From: Candidatus Palauibacter sp.
GTDB taxonomy: Bacteria; Gemmatimonadota; Gemmatimonadetes; Palauibacterales; Palauibacteraceae
Assembly (NCBI RefSeq): GCF_965221685.1
Contig: NZ_OZ244907.1
Strand: one strand, 5' to 3'
Length of the DNA stretch: 64,000 bases
Shown here: in pieces, positions 20,544 to 28,260 of the stretch
Position numbering within the stretch: the first letter of the stretch is position 1
How the letters are laid out: every line of letters starts with the position of its first letter
Notes under the pieces: model-generated
What the model was told of the DNA's origin: nothing
The model's input: only the letters and a program-made list of their open reading frames with translations
The model's database searches: none
Position numbers and translations under genes: made by a program

Positions 20544-21242
20544 GTGACTACGGGCGCCGAACGATTGACGCGGACGATTCGTTGGCTCCAGGTCTACGCT
20601 GCATTGCTGACTATCGCAGTGGCCGTGCTCTTCGTAAGGAGCGGGACGGCTACGGACGGTGTGCTCAGAGCACGGGGGCTGATCATCGAGGACGAGGTCG
20701 GGCGCGAGAGGATTCTCATCGGCGCGCCCGTCCCCGAGGCTACCAACCGCGTACGGACTGATGAGGCTCGCGTGCGGGAGGTCTGGGCACCCCAGTTTCC
20801 CGAGGCCTACATGGATTACTACCAGGACTACAGCCACGACACCAACGGGATGCTGATCCTCAGCGAGGACGGATTCGATCGCCTCGTCGTCGGGGATCCC
20901 ACGCCCGATCCGAACATCGGCAGGCGCATCGCGCCGAGTACGGGCATGGTGATCAACGACACCGAAGGATTCGAGCGGATGGGGTACGGCGTGAAGCCCA
21001 TGGACGGCCGCTATCGCGTCAGTCTGGGCCTCGACACGGATCGCATCGAAGAGGGTCTCATATTGATGCTGGACGATGGTGGCCCACGCGGCGTTCTAGT
21101 GGGCACCGCGGGGGACAGGATCTTTCTCGGTAGCGCGCCCGCGGGACACGGGTGGACCGGCCTTGCAGAGGAATTCCAGGGACTCCTGGTCCGGCGAGAT
21201 GGCGAGACGGTGTACCAACTGAATCTGGCGGCCGGCAACTGA
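20544..21242 (+). CDS. Paralog 2 of the 232-aa membrane-anchored family
   Basis: About 85% aa identity to paralog 3, with long identical nucleotide runs (for example gggctgatcatcgaggacgaggtcgggcgcgagaggattctcatcggcgc in both). AAGGAGGA RBS. Confidence 0.65.
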   Translation: MTTGAERLTRTIRWLQVYAALLTIAVAVLFVRSGTATDGVLRARGLIIEDEVGRERILIGAPVPEATNRVRTDEARVREVWAPQFPEAYMDYYQDYSHDTNGMLILSEDGFDRLVVGDPTPDPNIGRRIAPSTGMVINDTEGFERMGYGVKPMDGRYRVSLGLDTDRIEEGLILMLDDGGPRGVLVGTAGDRIFLGSAPAGHGWTGLAEEFQGLLVRRDGETVYQLNLAAGN

Positions 21243-21419
21243 CGCGGTCTGACTGACCGGCCAAGGCATACCTCGACGACATCCTCGCTGCGGGCGCATC
21301 CGTTCACTTCTCCCGCGTCGCACTTGGACTCGAGGACGGATAGCGCAGTCGGGCAACCCTGATGTTAGTGGAAACGGTCCTATCCGTGGTCGAGTCCAAA
21401 CTCCACGCGAGGGACTGCA

Positions 21420-22757
21420 ATGAACGCCAGCCAGCCCGCCCGGATCCGCTCGTTGCTGCTCGTGGTCGCCATGGTCGCGGCCCCCGCTCTCCAGGCTCAG
21501 GAAGTGATCGAAATCCCGGCGCGGGACAGTCGGATCGACGTCGAGTTCGAGGAGGTCTACCGCGTCGGCGTCCTCGAAGGCGAGGACTGGGAGATGTTCG
21601 CCCGGGTTGCCAGGGTGGCGTTCGACGCGGCGGGGAATCTGTACGTGTTCGACGAGACTCCCGGCTCAACTCGTTCCGGGGAGGTACGGGTCCTGGTGTT
21701 CGACGCCGCGGGACGCTTCCTGCGCGAGTTCGGTTCTCCTGGCGGCGGGCCTGGCGAGTTCAACCGCCCCGTGGACTTCGCGGTGCTCCGGGACGGAACC
21801 GTGGTGGTGAGCGACGCCGGCCACAGCGGCTATCAGCTGTTTGACCGTTCCGGCAGCTTCGAGCGCATGGTCCGAGCCGGCGGCGAGCCCGGCGACCGGC
21901 CGGCGTTGGGGCAGAGCCTTCGGGCCGATCCTCGCGGCGACGCCGTCTTCGCTTTCGCCGGGGGTCGGCTCGGCGTCATGACCCACAGTCTGGTGGAAGG
22001 ACTCCGCAGCCTCATGGGGGGAGGTTCAACGGTCCAGCCGATGTCGCGCCCGGTCGTGCGGATTGGACTCGACGGCGAGGCCGTCCGCGCGGACACCGTG
22101 GTCACGGGCTGGCTGCCCCTGGGAGGCGATCCGGATGACCGGGTACCGGATGGCGCCCCCGCCCAGGTGCGAGAAATACTGGGAGGCATGACGGGGCCCA
22201 CGGTCTTCGAGCCCCCGCTCCTCGTGGGCGTCCTCCCGGATGGCGGCATCGTTCATTCGGATTCTTCCGCGTACGCATTGAAGGTGACGCCGCCCGGCGC
22301 GCGGCAGGTCTCGCGAATCATCCGGCGGCCGTTTGTGCCCGAGCCTGTGACGCCCGCGATCGAGAGGGAGTACCAACGACGCGCCGCCAACGCCCGCGGG
22401 GGACTCGGCGCAGGGCTCAGGATGCTGGAATTCCGCCAGCGAGGGGGCGGAAACAGACCGGCGGCGACGACCAACGTCGAGTTGGAAACGACGTACTACC
22501 ACGAACTCTCGGTGCTCCGCGGTCTCCGTACTACATGGAATAGCCGCATCTGGGTGCAACGCCGGGGAGACGAGCCGAACAGCGACGGATCCATTGATGT
22601 CCTGACGGCCGACGGGGAGTACGTGGGCACCTACGCGACCGGCGCGACGGCGTTGCCCGACGCCTTCGGTCCGGATGGGATGGCCGCGTTCATCGAGTTC
22701 GACGAATTGGACGTGGCCCGCGTGGTCGTGAGGAGGCTGCCGTCCGAGGTTCGGTGA
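21420..22757 (+). CDS. Secreted NHL-repeat/six-bladed beta-propeller-like protein
   Basis: Signal peptide [16 protein letters not shown]. Repeated [10 protein letters not shown] / [18 protein letters not shown] strand motifs are typical of NHL/YVTN propellers. The domain call is tentative. Confidence 0.5.
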   Translation: MNASQPARIRSLLLVVAMVAAPALQAQEVIEIPARDSRIDVEFEEVYRVGVLEGEDWEMFARVARVAFDAAGNLYVFDETPGSTRSGEVRVLVFDAAGRFLREFGSPGGGPGEFNRPVDFAVLRDGTVVVSDAGHSGYQLFDRSGSFERMVRAGGEPGDRPALGQSLRADPRGDAVFAFAGGRLGVMTHSLVEGLRSLMGGGSTVQPMSRPVVRIGLDGEAVRADTVVTGWLPLGGDPDDRVPDGAPAQVREILGGMTGPTVFEPPLLVGVLPDGGIVHSDSSAYALKVTPPGARQVSRIIRRPFVPEPVTPAIEREYQRRAANARGGLGAGLRMLEFRQRGGGNRPAATTNVELETTYYHELSVLRGLRTTWNSRIWVQRRGDEPNSDGSIDVLTADGEYVGTYATGATALPDAFGPDGMAAFIEFDELDVARVVVRRLPSEVR

Positions 22758-22850
22758 CATGTCGACTTGTCCGGCCGGGCCCCGCGAGTCCGCATGACAT
22801 GTACGTCAACCCGATGAACCGATGCAGGTCAACCAGATGGAGGTGTCTAC

Positions 22851-23549
22851 GTGCAAGCGGAAATGCAGCAGGTGATGCGGACGATCCGTTGGCTGCAGGG
22901 CTACGCCATCCTGGCCAGCATCGCCCTCGTCGTGCTGTTCGTCAGGAATGGGGTGGAGGAGGAGGATGTCCTGCGGGCGCGAGGGCTGATCATCGAGGAT
23001 GAGGTCGGGCGCGAGAGGATTCTCATCGGCGCTCCGGTCCCCGAGGCCGCGAACCGCGTTCGGACCGATGACGCTCGCGTGCGGGAGGTCTGGGCACCCC
23101 GGTTTCCCGAGGCGTACATGGACTACTACCAGGACTACAGCCACGACACCAACGGGATGTTGATCCTCAGCGAGGACGGATTCGATCGCCTCGTCGTCGG
23201 GGATCCCACGCCCGATCCGAACATAGGCAGGCGTATCGCGCCGGCTACCGGCATGGTGATCAACGACGACCAGGGGTTCGAGCGCTCCGGGTACGGCGTA
23301 TTGGCCGTGAATGGGGGCTATAACGTCGGTTTGGGCCTCGACACGGATCGTATCGCAGAGGGGCTCAGCCTGGTCCTGCAGGATGATGGCCCTCACGGCA
23401 TTCTGGTCGGCACGCCGGCGGACGGGATCTTTCTTGGCACCGCGCCCGCCGGACACGCCTGGACGGGCCTTGAGGAGGAATTTTCGGGGCTGCTGGCCCG
23501 GCGAGATGGCGAGATCGTGCACCAACTGAATCTCGCGGCCGGCAATTGA
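22851..23549 (+). CDS. Paralog 3 of the 232-aa membrane-anchored family (mosaic: leader and N-terminus like paralog 1, core like paralog 2)
   Basis: 5' leader gaaccgatgcaggtcaaccagatggaggt... and first about 35 codons are near-identical to paralog 1. The remainder is near-identical to paralog 2. Confidence 0.65.
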   Translation: MQAEMQQVMRTIRWLQGYAILASIALVVLFVRNGVEEEDVLRARGLIIEDEVGRERILIGAPVPEAANRVRTDDARVREVWAPRFPEAYMDYYQDYSHDTNGMLILSEDGFDRLVVGDPTPDPNIGRRIAPATGMVINDDQGFERSGYGVLAVNGGYNVGLGLDTDRIAEGLSLVLQDDGPHGILVGTPADGIFLGTAPAGHAWTGLEEEFSGLLARRDGEIVHQLNLAAGN

Positions 23550-23619
23550 GGCGGTCTGACTCACCGGCCAGCCCGTGAGCCTGCATGATGTTGTACGTCA
23601 ACCCGAAACACGGATGCCG

Positions 23620-23883
23620 CACATGCCGAACCAGCTCGTCCAGGCCCGCATCGACACAGCCGTGAAGGAGGGGGCGGCCACGGTGCTGGCGGCCATGGGC
23701 CTGACCGCCTCCGACGCCTTGCGCCTCCTTCTGATCAAGGTCGCCCAGGAGAAAGCGCTGCCGTTCGCGCCGCTGGTTCCCAACGCCGCCACGATTGAAG
23801 CGATGAGAGAGGCCCGCCGGGGCGACCTCCGGCAGGCGGCCAGCGTAGAGGACCTCTTCAACGATCTGCGCGCGGACGATTGA
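23620..23883 (+). CDS. RelB/DinJ-family antitoxin (apparently orphan)
   Basis: MPNQLVQARIDTAVKEGAATVLAAMGLTASDALRLLLIKVAQEKALPF matches DinJ. C-terminal PNAATIEAMREARRGDL...EDLF matches the DinJ tail. No RelE/YafQ ORF follows. Confidence 0.65.
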   Translation, partial: HMPNQLVQARIDTAVKEGAATVLAAMGLTASDALRLLLIKVAQEKALPFAPLVPNAATIEAMREARRGDLRQAASVEDLFNDLRADD

Positions 23884-23902
23884 GCGGACCAGGCGCGTCG
23901 GC

Positions 23903-24223
23903 TTACTGGTCGTCGGCCCCTTCGAGCTCCGCGAACAGCTCTTCCGCGCTTGCGAATCGAGCCGTTCCCTGCCTCATCATCTCCTCGCTCTCGGCCATGG
24001 CTCTACGGGTCTCAGCGTTCGGCACCTTGAGAGTGCTGCGGGCCGCCTGACGCGCGGTCGTCGTTTCGCCCTCGACGTCGGTGACGGGGTGCAACTCTCC
24101 CCGGTTGAACTTCTCCAGGATCTCCCGTTCTTCCCGGTCCAACTGATCGTTCACGGCGATTGCCTCCTCTGACGTTCCCGCGTCGCGTTCATCCGCATCT
24201 CCTTGATCTGGATCGTGATACAC
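23903..24223 (-). CDS. Putative antitoxin-like addiction-module component (acidic; DinJ-type C-terminal segment)
   Basis: LDREEREILEKFNRGELHPVTDVEGE resembles addiction-module antidote components. C-terminal VPNAETRRAMAESEEMMRQG...EELFAELE parallels the DinJ tail of the adjacent gene. No toxin partner seen. Confidence 0.35.
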   Translation of the reverse strand: MYHDPDQGDADERDAGTSEEAIAVNDQLDREEREILEKFNRGELHPVTDVEGETTTARQAARSTLKVPNAETRRAMAESEEMMRQGTARFASAEELFAELEGADDQ

Positions 24224-24286
24224 CGTGTTGGGCGGTTGTTTCCCCGTAGGCCAGGCCCCACTTGGACGCCAAACCGTCCGTTCGCG

Positions 24287-24394
24287 CCGGCGGCAGCCTG
24301 CAAGTTGTCACTTGACAGGCGACGCTCCACCGTCGAGCCCTTCAGCTTCGAGGACGGCACGGCGGCCGATGTGGACTACGTGGACTACCACTGA
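24287..24394 (+). pseudogene. Remnant of a HigB (RelE-like killer protein) toxin gene: only the C-terminal about 20 codons retained
   Basis: ...TVEPFSFEDGTAADVDYVDYH* matches the conserved HigB_toxin C-terminus (...FRWEDGDAYDVEIVDYH). Upstream part of the ORF (24203..) has no HigB similarity. Sits immediately 5' of the higA gene. Confidence 0.45.
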
Positions 24395-24409
24395 AGGGGA
24401 GGACCGACC

Positions 24410-24697
24410 ATGGCCATGCACGACCCGCCGCATCCGGGCGGCATCGTGAGGCGGCAGTGCCTTGAACCGTTGGGTCTGACCGTGACGCGGGCGGCGGAGG
24501 GCCTGGGCGTCACTCGGCAGGCGCTTTCGGAGTTGTTGAACGGGCATACCGGAGTGTCGGTCGAGATGGCGATCCGGCTGTCGAAGGCCTTCGGCTCGAC
24601 GCCCGAGACGTGGCTGGGGATGCAGATAGCGTACGATCTCTGGCAGGCGCGCGGTCACGCCCGGGAGATGACGGTGGAACGCTTTGCGGCGATCTGA
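24410..24697 (+). CDS. higA: HigA-family antitoxin (XRE-type HTH)
   Basis: HPGGIVRRQCLEPLGLTVTRAAEGLGVTRQALSELLNGHTGVSVEMAIRLSKAFGSTPETWLGMQ is the canonical HigA HTH region. Confidence 0.7.
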   Translation: MAMHDPPHPGGIVRRQCLEPLGLTVTRAAEGLGVTRQALSELLNGHTGVSVEMAIRLSKAFGSTPETWLGMQIAYDLWQARGHAREMTVERFAAI

Positions 24698-24709
24698 GGA
24701 GGATTCCTG

Positions 24710-24994
24710 ATGCGATACGCTTACCCGTGCGAACTGACGCCCGAGAAGAACGGTGGCTACTCGGTGTCCTTCCCGAATGTGCCGGAGGCGTTGACGTGCG
24801 GCGACGACCGGGACGAGGCCCTGGCGATGGCCGAGGACGCTCTGACCGTGGCGCTCGGCTCGTACATGCGGTGTCGCGAGGACATCCCGGTGCCAGACTC
24901 CGTGGCGGACCAGCAGGAGGTGGTCGCGGTTCCGCGGGTGGTTGCGGCGAAGCTCGCGCTCTACACTGCCATGCGACGGTTCGGAAGCTCCTGA
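24710..24994 (+). CDS. HicB-like (UPF0150) antitoxin-fold protein
   Basis: MRYAYPCELTPEKNGGYSVSFPNVPEALTCGDDRDEALAMAEDAL matches the HicB N-terminal RNase-H-like fold consensus (YPVILEKDEDGGYVVTFPDLPGCITQGDTLEEAL). Confidence 0.55.
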   Translation: MRYAYPCELTPEKNGGYSVSFPNVPEALTCGDDRDEALAMAEDALTVALGSYMRCREDIPVPDSVADQQEVVAVPRVVAAKLALYTAMRRFGSS

Positions 24995-25028
24995 ACCTGA
25001 ATCACCTCACGCATCGAGTCGAAGGGCC

Positions 25029-25229
25029 ATGAGCATCAAGGCGGAATACCGGGATGGAGTCTTCGCGCCCCTGCATGAGGTCGAGGAGCCCACGGCCGGA
25101 GAGGTCTACGAAGTCTTCTCCGAGGGCGAACTAAAACGGCTCGCGGCGAACCTTCCGTGGCTGAAAGACTCGGAGCGCAGCTTCGAGTTCTGGGAGAACG
25201 AGGAGGATGCCGTCTACGATAGCCTATAG
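25029..25229 (+). CDS. DUF104-type small antitoxin-like protein
   Basis: MSIKAEYRDGVFAPLHEVEEPTAGEVYEV matches the DUF104 pattern (M.I.A.YENGVLKPLE.LDL.EGE.V.V). GAAGGG RBS. Start trimmed from 24942. Confidence 0.45.
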   Translation: MSIKAEYRDGVFAPLHEVEEPTAGEVYEVFSEGELKRLAANLPWLKDSERSFEFWENEEDAVYDSL

Positions 25230-25286
25230 GCGGGACGACATCGTTCTCGTTTCCTTCCCCTTCACCGATCTCAAGGTGCCGCTGTT

Positions 25287-25601
25287 TCATGCTCCGCAGT
25301 TCCGCGCGAACCACTCGACGCCTTCGTCGCGAATATGCTCCAGCAGCGTTCTGTCGCGAACCGAGTCGTACAGGATCAGATCGACCGACTGCGCCATCGG
25401 AATCTCTTCGACCGCTGCGGCGAGACGCGCCTGGTCCGTCAACGTCAGCCGGTCACCGAACCGCGCGATGTCCACGTCGGAGGTTGTGGTGTTCGTCCCG
25501 GTCGCCCTGGATCCGAACAGGACGGCTCGTTCCACGCGGCCATTGGCCGCGATCACGGCGATGATCGCCTCGCGGTGCGCGTCCTTGAGGCCATCCGTCA
25601 T
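25287..25601 (-). CDS. Minimal nucleotidyltransferase (MNT; HI0073-like) of a HEPN/MNT toxin-antitoxin pair
   Basis: LFGSRATGTNTTTSDVDIA carries the GSx9-13DxD polymerase-beta-type NTase motif. 4-nt overlap with the upstream HEPN gene. Confidence 0.7.
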   Translation of the reverse strand: MTDGLKDAHREAIIAVIAANGRVERAVLFGSRATGTNTTTSDVDIARFGDRLTLTDQARLAAAVEEIPMAQSVDLILYDSVRDRTLLEHIRDEGVEWFARNCGA

Positions 25602-26011
25602 GGCGATCGCTTGGCGTCCAGAGTCCAGTAGAGCCGCAGCAGGACGGGGTGGTAGCGTTCCTTGATCAGCGCTTCCGCCTCCTCGGCCACATCGAGCACG
25701 TAGGCGTGGCTCAAGAGGTTGCGCTTGTCCAGCGCGTCGAGCAGGGTCTCGCAGTCGCTCTCCCCGATGTAGCCCGCCTCGAAGCTGTTGCGAATCGCCG
25801 CGCGCGGGACCTTCACGTCATGACCGTCATAGAAGAGGAGGTCCTTGAGCACCTTCCAGGACAGCTCGAAGCTGAACTCGAACGTCTTGATCAGCCCAGC
25901 CAGTTCCAGGTAGTCACACCGTTCCCTGTCGCAGGCTTTCGTGAGTTGCGCGAGCACCGTTCCGAAAGTGTCGAGCCGCTGCTGCCAGCGCCGTTCATCC
26001 GAACTGCTCAT
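25598..26011 (-). CDS. HEPN-domain protein (HI0074 / nucleotidyltransferase-substrate-binding family)
   Basis: Conserved Rx4-6H motif RNLLSHAY near the C-terminus. WQQRLDTF...ELAGLIKTFEF pattern of the HI0074 family. Start taken at the second Met (alternative 26047). Confidence 0.65.
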   Translation of the reverse strand: MSSSDERRWQQRLDTFGTVLAQLTKACDRERCDYLELAGLIKTFEFSFELSWKVLKDLLFYDGHDVKVPRAAIRNSFEAGYIGESDCETLLDALDKRNLLSHAYVLDVAEEAEALIKERYHPVLLRLYWTLDAKRSP

Positions 26012-26185
26012 CCTTCCCCGCCTCCGAATCCCGAGGCCGGACGTCATCGTTCGTCATCGCTGTAGGGCAACTCCGGGAGCCGGAGTCGTGAGATAGAATA
26101 AGCCATGTGTCCCACCGCCGTATACCTTGCCGGAGCAGGGGTGCCCAGAGTTGACCGATCGGGCCAGAGTAGCCATTGAGTCCAC

Positions 26186-26437
26186 ATGCGAGAAATCACG
26201 GCCGGAGAGGCGAAGGACCGGTTCGACCAACTGCTTCGGTCCGCCCAGCAGGGGCCCGTGCGGGTCACGCAGAACGGCACGCCGGTGGGCGTGATGCTGT
26301 CGGTGGAGCAGTTCGAACGACTGCTCGGAACTGCCCGGGACCGGTTGGCGGCCACGATGGACGCCATGAGCCGGGAGGCAGCCGCCAACGACCTGACGCC
26401 AGCGGCGCTGGAGTCCCTGCTCTCCGATGAAGGCTGA
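26186..26437 (+). CDS. Phd/YefM-family antitoxin (apparently orphan)
   Basis: MREITAGEAKDRFDQLLRSAQQGPVRVTQNGTPVGVMLSVEQFERL matches the Phd/YefM N-terminal fold. No Doc/YoeB ORF downstream. Confidence 0.7.
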   Translation: MREITAGEAKDRFDQLLRSAQQGPVRVTQNGTPVGVMLSVEQFERLLGTARDRLAATMDAMSREAAANDLTPAALESLLSDEG

Positions 26438-26445
26438 CAGGGTCG

Positions 26446-26676
26446 TTACGCTCCGCTGCGGGCGACAGCTGCGTCGGCGGCTTCGGCCACGGAGCGGTAG
26501 CCGTCCCATTGCCGATGCGCGGCCTCGTCCTCGGGGTTCGCGTCGGAAGGCACGAGATACCAGCGGTCGGCCCGGTCGGATTCCCCGTCCATGAAGTGAC
26601 CGCGCACGAGGCGATACCCGGCCATCTCGGCCCGGAACCTATGGGCGCGGATGATGACGTTTGGATCAAACCTCAT
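26446..26676 (-). CDS. Small hypothetical protein, third gene of the RelE-like/XRE operon
   Basis: MRFDPNVIIRAHRFRAEMAGYRLVRGHFMDGESDRADRWYLVPSDANPEDEAAHRQWDGYRSV. Start overlaps the stop of the XRE gene by 4 nt (26673-26676). No recognisable family. Confidence 0.35.
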   Translation of the reverse strand: MRFDPNVIIRAHRFRAEMAGYRLVRGHFMDGESDRADRWYLVPSDANPEDEAAHRQWDGYRSVAEAADAAVARSGA

Positions 26677-26957
26677 GGCGATGGCACCAGTGCATGCCTC
26701 ACTGCGTTGGGATCGTGCTTGATGATGCGCAGAAGAGCTACCGCCGGGCCGCTGACACGTCGTCTCCCCTGCTCCCACTTTCGGTAGCCGGACAGACTCA
26801 TTCCCATCAGGGCCGCCATTTGAATCTGCGTCAGCTTCGCCTCCATCCGAACCTCGCGGGGGGAGATCGGGGCGTGAACGATGGCGGGACCCTCCCCCTT
26901 GGCATGGTCCAAGGCCTCGTTCAAGGACTGGATCAGGTCTTCTCCGAACGTACTCAT
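26673..26957 (-). CDS. XRE-family HTH antitoxin (HigA-2-like) partner of the RelE-family toxin
   Basis: EDLIQSLNEALDHAKGE...KLTQIQMAALMGMSLSGYRKWEQGRRRVSGPAVALLRIIKHDPNAV matches the antitoxin family that pairs with HigB-2/RelE-like toxins. Confidence 0.65.
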   Translation of the reverse strand: MSTFGEDLIQSLNEALDHAKGEGPAIVHAPISPREVRMEAKLTQIQMAALMGMSLSGYRKWEQGRRRVSGPAVALLRIIKHDPNAVRHALVPSP

Positions 26958-27295
26958 TCCCTCCCCCGCTTTCCTTGAAGTTTGATGGCGGCTACGAGCG
27001 CAGCCACCGCTCGGCGCTCGCCAGGGTTCAGATCGGTCTTGCCGGACTTCGAGTAGGCGAGAAGCGCGTAGATTGGCATTTCCTCGCCCCCGAAGAAATA
27101 AACTACGCGGACACCACCCCGCTTACCGCGCCCGGAGGCTCCGAATCGCATCTTTCGGACCCCGCCGGTGCCGGGAATCTCGGACCCCGCCAAGGGGTGA
27201 TCGGCCAAGTAGTCGATCAGTTCGCGTCTCTCGTCCTCGTTGAACAGCTTGTCGGCCTGGCGGGAGAAGGTTGGAGTTTCGGCAACGGTCTGCAT
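26954..27295 (-). CDS. RelE/ParE-superfamily toxin (HigB-2-like)
   Basis: IPGTGGVRKMRFGASGRGKRGGVRVVYFFGGEEMPIYALLAYSKSGKTDL is the signature core of this toxin family. Start set at Met 27295 (the ORF-track start 27502 adds an Arg/Pro-rich, unlikely extension). Confidence 0.65.
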   Translation of the reverse strand: MQTVAETPTFSRQADKLFNEDERRELIDYLADHPLAGSEIPGTGGVRKMRFGASGRGKRGGVRVVYFFGGEEMPIYALLAYSKSGKTDLNPGERRAVAALVAAIKLQGKRGRE

Positions 27296-27351
27296 GGGAC
27301 CATGGTAACCCAGTGGGGTACACACGGCAATTCCGGAATGCTCGGTCACAC

Positions 27352-27888
27352 ATGCAGACCGAACCGGTCGAGGCCGCGTTCCTCGGGCCACCGGCTGAGA
27401 TGGCACGATTGCCTCCGGCGGCGATCCAGCACATCGCGGCCAGGTACGGCGGGGACTCCTCGCGCATCTGGGCCGACGGGAGCAGCGGCGCTGCCGTGGC
27501 AAGACGGTTCCTGGCTTTTGACGGTGTTGGCCGGAAGATCGCCAACATGGCCGTGAACATCCTGATTCGCGATTTCCACATCGGACTCACGACGCCCATG
27601 CCCGACATTGCGGTCGACACTCACGTGCTGCGGGTGTTCGAGCGGCTGGGCCTCCTCGACAGGCTCGAACACAGCCAGCTACGCTCGACCAGGGACAAGC
27701 AGGGACTCCGGCTCCAGCTGCGCGCTCGCGAGCTCAGCCCGGAGTGGCCGGGGGAACTCGACTGGCCGGCATGGCACCTCGGGACGAAGTGGTGTCACGC
27801 CGGGCGGGCGCCGGAGTGTGGGGAGTGCTACATGAGGGACGTGTGTCCGAGGGTTGGAGTGGGTTCGAGGTCGACGGCTGGATCGTGA
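27352..27888 (+). CDS. HhH-GPD base-excision-repair family protein with endonuclease III-type [4Fe-4S] cluster loop (short form)
   Basis: Helix-hairpin-helix FDGVGRKIANMAVNIL followed by catalytic-Asp region IAVDTHVLRVFERLGL. C-terminal CHAGRAPECGECYMRDVC is the Cx6Cx2Cx5C EndoIII cluster. N-terminal domain is shorter than canonical Nth. Confidence 0.55.
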   Translation: MQTEPVEAAFLGPPAEMARLPPAAIQHIAARYGGDSSRIWADGSSGAAVARRFLAFDGVGRKIANMAVNILIRDFHIGLTTPMPDIAVDTHVLRVFERLGLLDRLEHSQLRSTRDKQGLRLQLRARELSPEWPGELDWPAWHLGTKWCHAGRAPECGECYMRDVCPRVGVGSRSTAGS

Positions 27889-28260
27889 ACTTGGGCGCAG
27901 TTGCGCGGTCCGTCCGGCGGGCCTGCGTGGCACCCGAGGCAGCGTGAGACCCGGTCTCGGTGAGGCCGCGCGTCACGTGAAGCTACTTCGCAAGGTGTGG
28001 CGGATCGACGAGGGGGCCGGCACGACCTTTTTCATGGACGGCAAGGAGGTGTACTATTGATCACGCACGGTGACCGCTGAGCCCCAGCCGAGACGGACTC
28101 AGCGGCGCTGAAGGATCATGATGTCGGATGAGGGAGGGGGTGGTGATGGTCCGCTTTCGTTCAACTCGCCGTAGCTCCGAATCCGGGGCGACGCCTTTTG
28201 TATTCCCACGAGGGCCCTCGCTCGACCGATTCTCAACAGCCTATGAGATGATACCTACAT

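Noticed and set aside
27854-28060. 68-aa ORF MEWVRGRRLDRELGRS... at the island border
   Set aside because: Arg/Gly-rich N-terminus, no RBS or family resemblance. Possibly a remnant. Not called.
28170-28206. tRNA-like fragment (gtagctccgaatccggggcgacgcc) at the left edge of the island as an attR
   Set aside because: Cannot be folded into a T-arm plus acceptor stem. Similarity to the tRNA-Pro 3' end is only in inverted orientation and could stem from the palindromic T-arm sequence. Too weak.
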